20,000 bases of DNA from an uncultured virus (IMG/VR IMGVR_UViG_3300044991_001638) (Duplodnaviria; Heunggongvirae; Uroviricota; Caudoviricetes). Of this stretch, positions 1 through 9,379 are shown piece after piece. The stretch lies in IMG/VR virus record IMGVR_UViG_3300044991_001638. One strand, given 5' to 3'. The notes under the pieces were generated by a model. That model was not told the origin of the DNA. It did not search any database and saw only the letters and a program-made list of their open reading frames with translations. The position numbers were made by a program, and so were the translations under genes. Positions within the stretch are counted from its first letter, which is position 1. Every line of letters starts with the position of its first letter.

Positions 1-2
1 AT

Positions 3-1739
3 GATATTTCAACTTACTCTTCAGACGCTGCCGGAATTGGTTTATCTATGTCTAACATTAGAAGTAAGGAAAGTAGAATATCTACATCAGGAGGACACTC
101 GGGGGGATTGTTGAAGTATTTAAAAATTGTTAACGAGTCATTAAGATTCTTTAACCAACAAGGAAGACGACCTGGTAGTGCTGCAATCTACATTGAACCA
201 TGGCACAAAGATGTTATAGATTTATTGGAAATCAAAAAAAATACAGGAGCCGAAGAATTAAGGGCAAGAGATTTGTTCACGGCTCTTTGGATTCCTGATA
301 ACTTCATGAGAGCGGTAAAAGACAGTACTGATTGGTATCTGTTCTGCCCTAACGATATTCTTAAAGCGGGTATTAAACCACTTCAAGAATGCTATGGTGA
401 TGAGTATGAAAATAACTACAACATGGCAGTTGAATTAGGTCTTGGTAAAAAAGTTAAAGCTCAAGATGTTTGGACTAAGATTATTGAGTCACAAGTTGAA
501 ACTGGTGTCCCTTACTTATGTTCTAAAGATAGTGCTAACAAAAAAACAAACCATCAGAACATTGGTGTAATTAAACAATCAAATCTTTGTAATGAAATTT
601 ACCAATATACTGACGAGAAAACCACAGCAATCTGTACATTATCCTCAATGGTATTAAAAAACTTTATTGAAAAGGGTGAGTTTGATTTTAACCTACTTTA
701 TGATGAAGTTAGAAAAGTTGTTAGAGCACTTAATAAAGTTATTAATATCAATCGTTACTCAACTGAAAAAGGTAAAAAAGGTGGATTAGACCAAAGAGCA
801 ATTGCAATTGGAACTCAAGGATTGGCCGATGTATTCTATTTAATGGATTACATTTTCACATCTGAAGAAGCAAAAAAATTAAACAAAGCGATTTTTGAAA
901 CTATCTATTTTGCAGCAATCACCGAAAGTAATAAATTATGTATGGAAGGTAAATACGAACCATACGTTCACTTCAAGGGTTCACCTATGTCTAAAGGAGT
1001 ATTTCAATTTGATATGTGGGGATTAAATGAAGATGACCTTTCAGGTAGATGGCCTTGGAACGATTTAAAACAAAACGTTAAAAATTATGGTGTTTGTAAT
1101 TCATTATTTACCGCTCAAATGCCTGTAGCATCTTCAGCAAAAATTACAGGTTCGTTTGAAATGACAGAACCCGCACATTCTGCTCTTTTTAATAGACGAG
1201 TTGTTGGTGGTGAAATAATGATTGTGAACAAATACTTGATTAATGATTTTGAAAAGATTGGTATTTGGAGTGAAGAATTAAAAAATGAAATCATTTTAAA
1301 TGAAGGTTCAATTCAAAACATTAACTTTAATAACCATCTTGACACTGAGGATAAAAACTATACTAAGAAAGTTAAACGTATAGAATACTTGATTAGTAAA
1401 TACAAAACAATTTGGGAAATTTCACAAAAAGAATTGATTAATATGGCGGCAGATAGAGCACCATTTATTGACCAATCACAATCAATGAATATTTATATGG
1501 CAAATCCAACATTGTCTAAAATTACCTCATCACATTTCCATTCATGGGAAAAAGGATTAAAAACTTTATGTTATTATGTTAGAACTAAAGCAATTTCAAC
1601 GGGAGCAAAACACTTGGCGGTTGATGTTTCAAAAATATCAAAACCTAATGTTAAGATTGAAATACCAAAAGTTGAAATAATTGAATTAAACACAAAACCT
1701 AAAGATAGTCCTTTTGAATGTTTTGGGTGTAGCTCTTAA
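3..1739 (+). CDS. nrdA: Class Ia ribonucleoside-diphosphate reductase alpha subunit, 5'-truncated by the window edge
   Basis: The frame is open from position 3 (DISTYSSDAAGIGLSMSNIR...), so the ATG at 48 is internal. Motifs: GRRPGSAAIYIEPWHKD, RARDLFTALWIPD, ETGVPY, catalytic SNLCNEI (N-x-C-x-E), second redox Cys in AICTLSS, MPVASSA, FIDQSQSMN, radical-transfer YYVRT and C-terminal CxxC (ECFGCSS). Confidence 0.97.
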   Translation, partial: DISTYSSDAAGIGLSMSNIRSKESRISTSGGHSGGLLKYLKIVNESLRFFNQQGRRPGSAAIYIEPWHKDVIDLLEIKKNTGAEELRARDLFTALWIPDNFMRAVKDSTDWYLFCPNDILKAGIKPLQECYGDEYENNYNMAVELGLGKKVKAQDVWTKIIESQVETGVPYLCSKDSANKKTNHQNIGVIKQSNLCNEIYQYTDEKTTAICTLSSMVLKNFIEKGEFDFNLLYDEVRKVVRALNKVININRYSTEKGKKGGLDQRAIAIGTQGLADVFYLMDYIFTSEEAKKLNKAIFETIYFAAITESNKLCMEGKYEPYVHFKGSPMSKGVFQFDMWGLNEDDLSGRWPWNDLKQNVKNYGVCNSLFTAQMPVASSAKITGSFEMTEPAHSALFNRRVVGGEIMIVNKYLINDFEKIGIWSEELKNEIILNEGSIQNINFNNHLDTEDKNYTKKVKRIEYLISKYKTIWEISQKELINMAADRAPFIDQSQSMNIYMANPTLSKITSSHFHSWEKGLKTLCYYVRTKAISTGAKHLAVDVSKISKPNVKIEIPKVEIIELNTKPKDSPFECFGCSS

Positions 1740-1743
1740 ACAT

Positions 1744-1774
1744 AAATCCCGACGTGTCGGGATTTTTCATTTTT
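1744..1774 (+). terminator. Intrinsic (rho-independent) terminator after nrdA
   Basis: Perfect 9-bp stem AAATCCCGA (1744-1752) / TCGGGATTT (1757-1765) with a CGTG loop, running into a T-rich tract (TTTTTCATTTTT), 4 nt after the nrdA stop. Confidence 0.88.
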
Positions 1775-1804
1775 AATCTATTTAAAGAAAAATAGATAGT
1801 ACTA

Positions 1805-1812
1805 TATTTATA
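1805..1812 (+). promoter_or_regulatory. Candidate late-promoter motif TATTTAT(A) upstream of the gp25-like gene
   Basis: TATTTATA ends 3 nt before the ATG at 1816. The same heptamer occurs in the gaps before 4223 and 13032. Function is inferred. Confidence 0.45.
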
Positions 1813-1815
1813 GTT

Positions 1816-2286
1816 ATGGCAAATGGTGTTACTTATGGTATTAATTTCCCTTTTCGAGATTCTAGACGAGGGGATTATTTAGAACTTACTGAACTACAAT
1901 CCCAAGAAATTAAAGCGGACTTAATACATTTATTGTTAACAAGAAGAGGTTCTCGATACTTTTTACCTCAATTTGGTACAAGATTATATGAATTTATCTT
2001 TGAACCATTTGATGGCGTTACTTTTACTGCAATTGAATCTGACATAAGAGACGCTATTGAAAATTTTATGCCAAATTTATTAGTTAATAGTTTAAGTATA
2101 TTACCTGCAGACCCAGAAGAAGAAGTTGATATTGCAACAGGTCAAAATTTTGTGGGAACTAGTGAATCATCAATTTACAGATTTCCGGGTAAAGGAACTT
2201 CTGAATACACTGCAAAAATAAGATTAGATTACTCAACAAACGGCTCAACATACGCACAGAGTGATTTTGTTATTATTAATATTTAA
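1816..2286 (+). CDS. Baseplate wedge / sheath-initiator protein, GPW/gp25 family
   Basis: 156 aa with YGINFPF and IKADLIHLLLTRRGSRYFLPQFGTRLYEFIFEP, matching the gp25 pattern (LLLT..GER...P.FG..L...FEP). Lies directly upstream of a baseplate-J-like gene. Confidence 0.9.
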   Translation: MANGVTYGINFPFRDSRRGDYLELTELQSQEIKADLIHLLLTRRGSRYFLPQFGTRLYEFIFEPFDGVTFTAIESDIRDAIENFMPNLLVNSLSILPADPEEEVDIATGQNFVGTSESSIYRFPGKGTSEYTAKIRLDYSTNGSTYAQSDFVIINI

Positions 2287-2291
2287 TATAA

Positions 2292-4130
2292 ATGGCAAAT
2301 AATAAAATATCATACGCAACAAGAGATTATCAGTCAATTAGGACAGAACTTTTAAATTATACTAAAACTTACTATCCTGACTTAATTCAAGATTTTAATG
2401 ACGCTTCAATATTTTCCGTATTTATTGATTTAAATGCGGCAATTGCCGACAACTTACATTATAATATTGACCGAAGTATTCAGGAAACAGTATTACAATA
2501 TGCACAACAAAGGTCATCAATATATAATATCGCTAGAACTTACGGATTAAAATTACCAGGTCAAAGACCTTCAGTTTCTTTGGTTGATTTTTCAGTTACA
2601 GTTCCTGCTTTTGGTGATAAAGAAGATGAAAGATATCTTGGAATATTAACAAGAGGGTCACAAGTTGTTGGGGCCGGAATTGTATTTGAAAATGTTAATG
2701 ATATTGATTTTGCTTCACCATATAATTCCCAAGGGTTTCCAAATAGATTAAAAATTCCAAACTTTAATTCTAATAATATTTTAGTTAATTATACTATTAC
2801 AAAAAGAGAAGTTGTTGTTAATGGTATAACAAAAGTATTTAAAAGAGTTATTGGTGCAAATGATGTTAAACCTTTCTTTGAATTATTTTTACCAGAAAAG
2901 AACGTATTAGGTATTACAAGTGTCATATTAAAAAATGGTACACAATATACAAATACACCGACAACTGCAGAGTTTTTAGGTTTAGATAATAAATGGTATG
3001 AGGTAGATGCTTTGGCGGAAGACCGAGTTTTTATTGAAGACTTAACAAAAGTTTCCGACCAGCCTGGAATTAAAGTTGGAAAATACATTCAAACACAAAA
3101 TAGATTTATTACGGAATTTACTCCTGAAGGATTTAAAAAAATGACATTTGGTGGAGGAACAAACACTGCTCAAGACCAATTAAACCAATTTACAACTTTA
3201 GGTACCACATTAGAACTTCAAAAATACTCAAATAATTTTTCATTAGGTTCGGCATTATCTCCAAATTCAACATTGTTTATTCAATATAGAGTTGGTGGTG
3301 GATTAGCAACAAATTTAGGTTCAAATGTAATTAATCAATTAGGTACCATATCTTTTTATGTTAATGGGCCTTCTGAAACAACAAACTCTACTGTAGTTAA
3401 TTCATTAAGATGTGTAAATGTCACGGCAGCTGTTGGTGGAGCGGGAATTCCCTCGTTAGAAGAAATTAGAAATTACGTTTCATTTAATTTTTCAGCACAA
3501 AAAAGGGCGGTAACAGTACAAGATTATGAATCAATTATTAGAAACATGCCATCCCAATTTGGTGCACCTGCCAAAGTTTCTATTACCGAAAATAATAATA
3601 AAATTTTAATTCAAATACTATCTTTTGATACTTCAGGTAAATTAACAAACATTGTTTCAAATACTTTAAGACAAAACATTGCAAATTATTTATCAAATTA
3701 CCGAATGATGAATGATTATATTTCTATATTCAGTGCTGAGGTTATTGATTTGAGTGTTGATGTTGCAATTGTCTTAGATTCCGCTCAAAACTCAGGACAA
3801 GTCATTTCAAGTGTTATTGATAAAGTATCAACATATTTTAACCCTCAAACAAGACAATTAGGTCAAAATGTCTATTTATCAGAACTTAGAAGTATTATTC
3901 AAAACACAAATGGGGTATTAACCGTGACAACCTTAGATATATTTAATGAAGTTGGAGGTCAGTATTCATCCGCAGAAACATCTATGGAGTATTCAGACCC
4001 GGCAGTAAAACTTATTGGGCCTGTTGATGATACTATATTTGCGCAACCGTCACAAGTTTATCAAATTAGGTACCCTGGTAAAGATATTAAAGTTTCAGTT
4101 AAGAACTTCCAATCGATTACTTTCTCTTAA
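2292..4130 (+). CDS. Baseplate wedge subunit, T4 gp6 / baseplate J-like
   Basis: 612 aa. N-terminal YATRDYQSIRTELLNY...DFNDAS, AQQRSSIYNIARTYG, YRVGGGLATN, and GGAGIPSLEEIR...AQKRAVTVQDYE, the RAVT..DY motif typical of gp6/BplJ. Canonical gp25-gp6 gene order. Confidence 0.9.
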   Translation: MANNKISYATRDYQSIRTELLNYTKTYYPDLIQDFNDASIFSVFIDLNAAIADNLHYNIDRSIQETVLQYAQQRSSIYNIARTYGLKLPGQRPSVSLVDFSVTVPAFGDKEDERYLGILTRGSQVVGAGIVFENVNDIDFASPYNSQGFPNRLKIPNFNSNNILVNYTITKREVVVNGITKVFKRVIGANDVKPFFELFLPEKNVLGITSVILKNGTQYTNTPTTAEFLGLDNKWYEVDALAEDRVFIEDLTKVSDQPGIKVGKYIQTQNRFITEFTPEGFKKMTFGGGTNTAQDQLNQFTTLGTTLELQKYSNNFSLGSALSPNSTLFIQYRVGGGLATNLGSNVINQLGTISFYVNGPSETTNSTVVNSLRCVNVTAAVGGAGIPSLEEIRNYVSFNFSAQKRAVTVQDYESIIRNMPSQFGAPAKVSITENNNKILIQILSFDTSGKLTNIVSNTLRQNIANYLSNYRMMNDYISIFSAEVIDLSVDVAIVLDSAQNSGQVISSVIDKVSTYFNPQTRQLGQNVYLSELRSIIQNTNGVLTVTTLDIFNEVGGQYSSAETSMEYSDPAVKLIGPVDDTIFAQPSQVYQIRYPGKDIKVSVKNFQSITFS

Positions 4131-4200
4131 CAAGTTCACTTATTTTTTCTTTAGATTATTATTTAATTGTGTGTGTTCATTTTAAAAATCCCACATAAAC

Positions 4201-4207
4201 TATTTAT
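4201..4207 (+). promoter_or_regulatory. Candidate late-promoter motif TATTTAT
   Basis: Located in the 92-bp gap, ending 15 nt before ATG 4223. Same motif as at 1805 and 12988. Confidence 0.4.
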
Positions 4208-4222
4208 TAATTAAAGGTATTA

Positions 4223-7200
4223 ATGGGTCAATCATATAGAATAAGGACTGAGTTAGGTATTAACAAAACAATCAACGTACAATTAGACCAAGAGTTTGAA
4301 CAATTAGAGATTTTATCTTTAACATTACAACAAGAAGATGTTTATAATAGAAGTTGCGCTGATTATGGAGTTATTGTTGGAAGAGTAACGGCAAACAATG
4401 GGTTTGGATTACCAAACGCTAGAGTATCAATCTTTATTCCTATTAGTAATATTGATGTATCAAACCCAATAATTTCCAGTATCTATCCGTATAAATCACC
4501 TAACGATGTAAATGAAGATGGATATAGGTATAATTTATTACCTTACATGAAATCTTATTCCGCTCATGCGGCAACAGGAACTCTTCCATCAAGAATGGAT
4601 GTGTTAACAGAAACAACCACAATTGAAATTTATGACAAATATTATCTTCTAACATCCAAAACAAATGAAAGTGGTGATTACATGATAATGGGTGTACCAA
4701 TAGGGTTTCAAACTGTAGTTATGGATGTTGATTTATCTGACATTGGAGAGTTTTCATTAACACCACAAGATTTAATTAGAATGGGTCTTGCAACTGAAGG
4801 ACAAGTTGCGGGTAATAGATTCAAAACGTCGACAGATTTAAATTCATTACCACAAATTATAAATTCTGTTAAACAGTTAGACATTTCACCACTTTGGGGT
4901 GAACCTGATATTTGTGACATAGCCATTAATCGTTTAGATTTTGATTTAAGAGATGATTCAAATGTTGACATACAACCCACTGCGGTTTTTATGGGGTCAA
5001 TATACACAACTCCAGATAAATTTAGAGTTAGAAAAAAAGGAAGACCAAAAGATAATATGGGAAATCTTTGTAGTTTACAGTCAGGACCTGGACAAATATT
5101 GGTAATTAGACAAACTATTCAACAAGATGATACAGGTAAACCAATATTAGAAGAATTTAAATTAGAACAATCAGGAAATATTATTGACGGTGATGGGGTT
5201 TGGTTAACTGAATTACCGATGAATTTAAATTATATTATAACTAATGAATTTGGTGAGAGAGTTATCTCAAATGACCCAACATTGGGAATACCAACTAAAT
5301 CAAAATATAGATTTAAAATTAAGTGGCAACAACCTCCATCATTAACTGATGTAAAACGACCATATTTCTTAGTTCCAAATATTAAAGAGTATGGTTGGAC
5401 ACAGACCGGAACTGACCCAAATTTGGCGCCCGACTATTTAGATAATGAAGAATTAGCGGGTTCTTATTATTTTGGATTAGATTGGACGGGATATACAAAT
5501 ACACAAGCGGCAATAAATTGTGAAGATACTTTTTATGAATTTGAATTTAATAGAGTTTATACGGTTTCAGGATTTATTGACCAATTTAAAAATGGTTTTA
5601 GAGGTAGATTTATTGGCATTAAAGAAATTGATAGTCAAGATTGTGATAGCATCAATAAATTTCCGGTAAATGAGGGGTTTAGAAATTTTGATTTAATATA
5701 TTTTTTATTTTCAGTTCTTATGACAATATTACAACCAATTGGACTGATACTTCTATTCGTAGGTACTCTAATACAGTTTGGGGAAAATTTTATTTATTTT
5801 ATTTTATGCGAATTTTCTAAAATTGAGATTAATTTTTTTAGACCATTCAAGAATTATAGTAAATATTGTATAAGAAAAGATAGACCAGTCAGACTACCAA
5901 TGATTACCTATCCGGACTGTGAGGCTTGTGAATGTGATATTCTAGTTCCAGGAACGACTACTACGACCTCAACAACTCCACCAGACGCTAATTTTTTAAC
6001 TCAGGTATCTGAACCATCACTATATTATGATTTACTTGAACAATATTTTGCTTCCGTTTTGGGTGATGGTGCCCCATCCGGTCCTGACATTGGTGTACTT
6101 GCTCCGGGCGAATGGGGGGCGTATAATTATCAAGAACAATTTACTCTAAATTTTGCTGATGCTCTTGCAACAAACCCTGTAAATGTTCCTAGTCAATTTA
6201 ATTATAAAATAGCGGTTAGTGATACAAGACAAATATTAGATGACCTTACGCCAGGAATAATTACAGGTCCATCTGTATTTGTTGATGGACCATGGGGATA
6301 TAGCTTTCAAAGCACAATACCGTTAGGTATTAGAATTAATATTTTTAACACGAATAACAAGTATTATGAAAATGTTAATAGGATTAAAGTCACTTTTGCA
6401 GCTGACGTAAATTTAACCTATCATTATGATAATACTTTAACTGTGTTAGTAATTCCTGATTTTATTGACACTTTGGTACCAGGTTCAATTTTATCGTTTA
6501 TAAACCCTTCTAGTTCTACAGACTCTAACTTTTTGTGGTCGCAGAACCTTACAGTTAACGCAGGAGTAGCACCAACAAATGCGGTTAATGGTATTATGGG
6601 AAAATTGCAAACCGATGAATTTGTAATGAATGTAGAATACGCCAACCCAAATGATAGATTAAATAATCTAAGTACTCCTTATGTTATTCCAAAAAATGAA
6701 AATATTGGTGATTTTTGTTTTAGTAGTGTTGTAGTAGAAGTAACTGGTTTAGTTGATAATTTGGGGACTATTACTTATAAAGACTGTAATAATCTTGGTT
6801 ATACTATTAATGTTACAACACTTGGACCTCAAACCATTTCTAATATTGACTATTGTATACAATTACAAAGTTTAGGGGGTACCGCAGAATATACGGTGGT
6901 AAGTACTGGAGATACCTGTCAAAGATATTCATTTCCTTCAGATATAGAATATTATCAAGTATTGACAGCAATTACAATATCAACTACCGTAATAAATGGA
7001 GTGACAAATTTTATTATTCCAAATGCTTCAGAAAGTTCTGGATTTTTATCAGAATTACTAGCTAAAAGTTTTGTGAGTAATCGTACTAATTATCGGGGAG
7101 CTGATATTTTTGGTGATACTAATGATGGATATAGGAATAGTCCTGGTGTACAACTCAGACCAGGAGATTATTTTGAGAATTTTGTAAACCAAAAAGTTGT

Positions 7201-9379
7201 AATAATACAAAGAGGTGTTGACCCATACTCACCATTACTTACCAACAAATATAGTATTGGAAGAATATTTGGACAAGATATCGATGACCCTAATTGGACA
7301 TTTACTGCCTCAACTAGAGTTAATATTCCAATACAAAAAGTACCCGTTGGTTCTACAACTACAGTACCAAAACATGATAATCAGGATAATATATTTTTCC
7401 AATCTAAATTTTTTACTCCTGGAGTATCAGGTTCAGTTACGCCAGGACAACAATATTCCGGATTTACAACAAGTAATGTGAGATATTATGGACGTTTCGA
7501 TTCAGATTATGCCGGGACACCTGGTGTTGGTTCCATATCATACACTCCCACTCTTAAAGGGATTAGGAGTTCTACGGGTAATTTATTATACAGTGCAACA
7601 ATTGGAACAGATTTCTATGATAGTGCGGAAGATTTATCTGGAGGTGATTTCTTGTTTTCATCAAACCCCGGAACCGAAGAAGTCGGGAACGCTTTATATG
7701 GTCAAACAACTGTGTTTGTTGGTAAACAGAGTCAATTTAATTTTAGTTTAATATATCCATCAACTACGTCATTATCAATTTCAAATCCTAGTAGAAATAT
7801 TATGAGAACTGAAAGACTCCCAAGTTCGGACATATTTGAAACACCTTTGAACCCTTTGAGTTACCCTAGTCTTTTACAACAAAATAGTGTATTTGCGTCA
7901 TATATTCTTGAAAATAATGGTTCTGAATTATTTGTTCAACCCGCACTTTCAACTGGAGCATCACAAGTAACTCCTGACATTGAAGAACAATTAGCGGCTG
8001 CTAATGTTTTAGATAGTCTAACCGATTGTGATAAAATGGTAAATCTTAGTTGTTATAGTGGTAATAGTGTTAATTTTGGAATTAAAACAGGTTGTCCCGA
8101 ATCTGACGCGGTAGAAAATGGGTGTTATCTTTTTTTACAACAGATTCCTGGCACAAGTGTATTTCAGCAATTTAGACAAGGACTTAAAAGAGATATACAA
8201 AGTTTTAGTGAATGGGGATTTAGGTTTAGATTTTTTTATGGACTATGTCGAGGAGTTTTGGCTCAATCGTTTACCAATAATTGGGTTAATGGTTCTTTAT
8301 ATATGTTTCCACTTCAAATTGATACTTACTATGACCAAGAAAATAAACCATTGCCGCCTGATTTTGCAAAACAACTTGCATATTTTGACGGTAAAACTAA
8401 TAATTTTTATTATAGAAGTTCGCCTTATTTATCAACTTCACAAAGATTTATTGGTAGACCAACAACAGATGATATAAGACCGGTTAATAAAAGAAATTTA
8501 TTGTTTCCAACAACAATCATTAATTTAGGAATTAAAGACGATTTTTATCAAGAAATAATATTTGACCCATCAGCTAAGGCTTACATTATGGGTAGTTTAA
8601 ATCCAACAAGTTATTCGGATACCTCCGATTTAGTTAATTTATTTGTAATATCAAGAATTACTGATGAAGGATTTTTAGCTCAACTTTTTTCTTTTGGTAA
8701 TAACGGATTAAATCAATTATTTACTAGAGACTTTAATGGTGGAAAAAGAATTGACGGTGATTTAGCTCAAAGTATGTCAATTAATTCTGAATATGGTGTC
8801 ATTCCCTTTTCACCAGAATTTTATAGTGTATACGGAACTCCAGATGACCCAGTTGTTATTTTAGGTAACCTTACAGCACCAACAATGGGAATTTTCTTTT
8901 CGTCGACTACCTTTGATTTACAAAACAAAGATTTTTTAACACCTGGAGTTATTAATTTTAGACCATCAAATAACGCAAACGCAATAACCTATCCTTATGG
9001 AATTAAATCTCAATATGTTCCATTTTACCAATGGGAATTAAAACAACCATCCACCCAAAGTATTTTTGGTTCAGAAAAAAATAATTGGAAAACAAACGAA
9101 TCTGCCGCTAATACAGGAATTTTTGGATATAACTACCAATCATTATCTAGACGAAATCTTAATGAGCCAAGTTATTTTATTGGTTCAAACACTCAAATAA
9201 GTGATATATATGAGAGAGGATATATTTTTAATGTAAACAACACTGGTTCGTTTAGTTATAATGCAGGAACTTATCCTCCTCAATTTTTAGTTGGAGCTCC
9301 ATTTCATTTTTATTTTGGAATTAATCAAGGACTGACCGCATTAGATAAATTTAAAACAAAATATTCAATAAGTGAATAA
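4223..9379 (+). CDS. Large putative baseplate/tail-associated protein (1718 aa)
   Basis: Uninterrupted long ORF following gp6. The N-terminus resembles a carboxypeptidase-regulatory/transthyretin-like beta-sandwich (GVIVGRVTANNGFGLPNARVSIF...TNESGDYMIMGVPIG). An internal hydrophobic stretch (about 5690-5810) precedes YPDCEACEC and a Thr linker. The ORF is secure; the function is inferred from context. Confidence 0.7.
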   Translation: MGQSYRIRTELGINKTINVQLDQEFEQLEILSLTLQQEDVYNRSCADYGVIVGRVTANNGFGLPNARVSIFIPISNIDVSNPIISSIYPYKSPNDVNEDGYRYNLLPYMKSYSAHAATGTLPSRMDVLTETTTIEIYDKYYLLTSKTNESGDYMIMGVPIGFQTVVMDVDLSDIGEFSLTPQDLIRMGLATEGQVAGNRFKTSTDLNSLPQIINSVKQLDISPLWGEPDICDIAINRLDFDLRDDSNVDIQPTAVFMGSIYTTPDKFRVRKKGRPKDNMGNLCSLQSGPGQILVIRQTIQQDDTGKPILEEFKLEQSGNIIDGDGVWLTELPMNLNYIITNEFGERVISNDPTLGIPTKSKYRFKIKWQQPPSLTDVKRPYFLVPNIKEYGWTQTGTDPNLAPDYLDNEELAGSYYFGLDWTGYTNTQAAINCEDTFYEFEFNRVYTVSGFIDQFKNGFRGRFIGIKEIDSQDCDSINKFPVNEGFRNFDLIYFLFSVLMTILQPIGLILLFVGTLIQFGENFIYFILCEFSKIEINFFRPFKNYSKYCIRKDRPVRLPMITYPDCEACECDILVPGTTTTTSTTPPDANFLTQVSEPSLYYDLLEQYFASVLGDGAPSGPDIGVLAPGEWGAYNYQEQFTLNFADALATNPVNVPSQFNYKIAVSDTRQILDDLTPGIITGPSVFVDGPWGYSFQSTIPLGIRINIFNTNNKYYENVNRIKVTFAADVNLTYHYDNTLTVLVIPDFIDTLVPGSILSFINPSSSTDSNFLWSQNLTVNAGVAPTNAVNGIMGKLQTDEFVMNVEYANPNDRLNNLSTPYVIPKNENIGDFCFSSVVVEVTGLVDNLGTITYKDCNNLGYTINVTTLGPQTISNIDYCIQLQSLGGTAEYTVVSTGDTCQRYSFPSDIEYYQVLTAITISTTVINGVTNFIIPNASESSGFLSELLAKSFVSNRTNYRGADIFGDTNDGYRNSPGVQLRPGDYFENFVNQKVVIIQRGVDPYSPLLTNKYSIGRIFGQDIDDPNWTFTASTRVNIPIQKVPVGSTTTVPKHDNQDNIFFQSKFFTPGVSGSVTPGQQYSGFTTSNVRYYGRFDSDYAGTPGVGSISYTPTLKGIRSSTGNLLYSATIGTDFYDSAEDLSGGDFLFSSNPGTEEVGNALYGQTTVFVGKQSQFNFSLIYPSTTSLSISNPSRNIMRTERLPSSDIFETPLNPLSYPSLLQQNSVFASYILENNGSELFVQPALSTGASQVTPDIEEQLAAANVLDSLTDCDKMVNLSCYSGNSVNFGIKTGCPESDAVENGCYLFLQQIPGTSVFQQFRQGLKRDIQSFSEWGFRFRFFYGLCRGVLAQSFTNNWVNGSLYMFPLQIDTYYDQENKPLPPDFAKQLAYFDGKTNNFYYRSSPYLSTSQRFIGRPTTDDIRPVNKRNLLFPTTIINLGIKDDFYQEIIFDPSAKAYIMGSLNPTSYSDTSDLVNLFVISRITDEGFLAQLFSFGNNGLNQLFTRDFNGGKRIDGDLAQSMSINSEYGVIPFSPEFYSVYGTPDDPVVILGNLTAPTMGIFFSSTTFDLQNKDFLTPGVINFRPSNNANAITYPYGIKSQYVPFYQWELKQPSTQSIFGSEKNNWKTNESAANTGIFGYNYQSLSRRNLNEPSYFIGSNTQISDIYERGYIFNVNNTGSFSYNAGTYPPQFLVGAPFHFYFGINQGLTALDKFKTKYSISE

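Noticed and set aside
48..50. ATG at 48 as the nrdA start
   Set aside because: The frame is open to the window edge and the upstream residues (SSDAAGIGL) match the conserved R1 'GGIG' region, so the true start lies outside the window.
3..1739. Intein or group I intron in phage nrdA
   Set aside because: Conserved motifs follow each other at roughly normal spacing in one frame, with no intein termini or homing endonuclease motifs in the visible part.
4165..4198. Possible hairpin/terminator between the gp6-like gene and the 1718-aa gene (TGTG...ATTTT/AAAAT...CACA)
   Set aside because: The pairing is interrupted and weak, with no clean U-tract; it may be a decayed hairpin but is not supportable.
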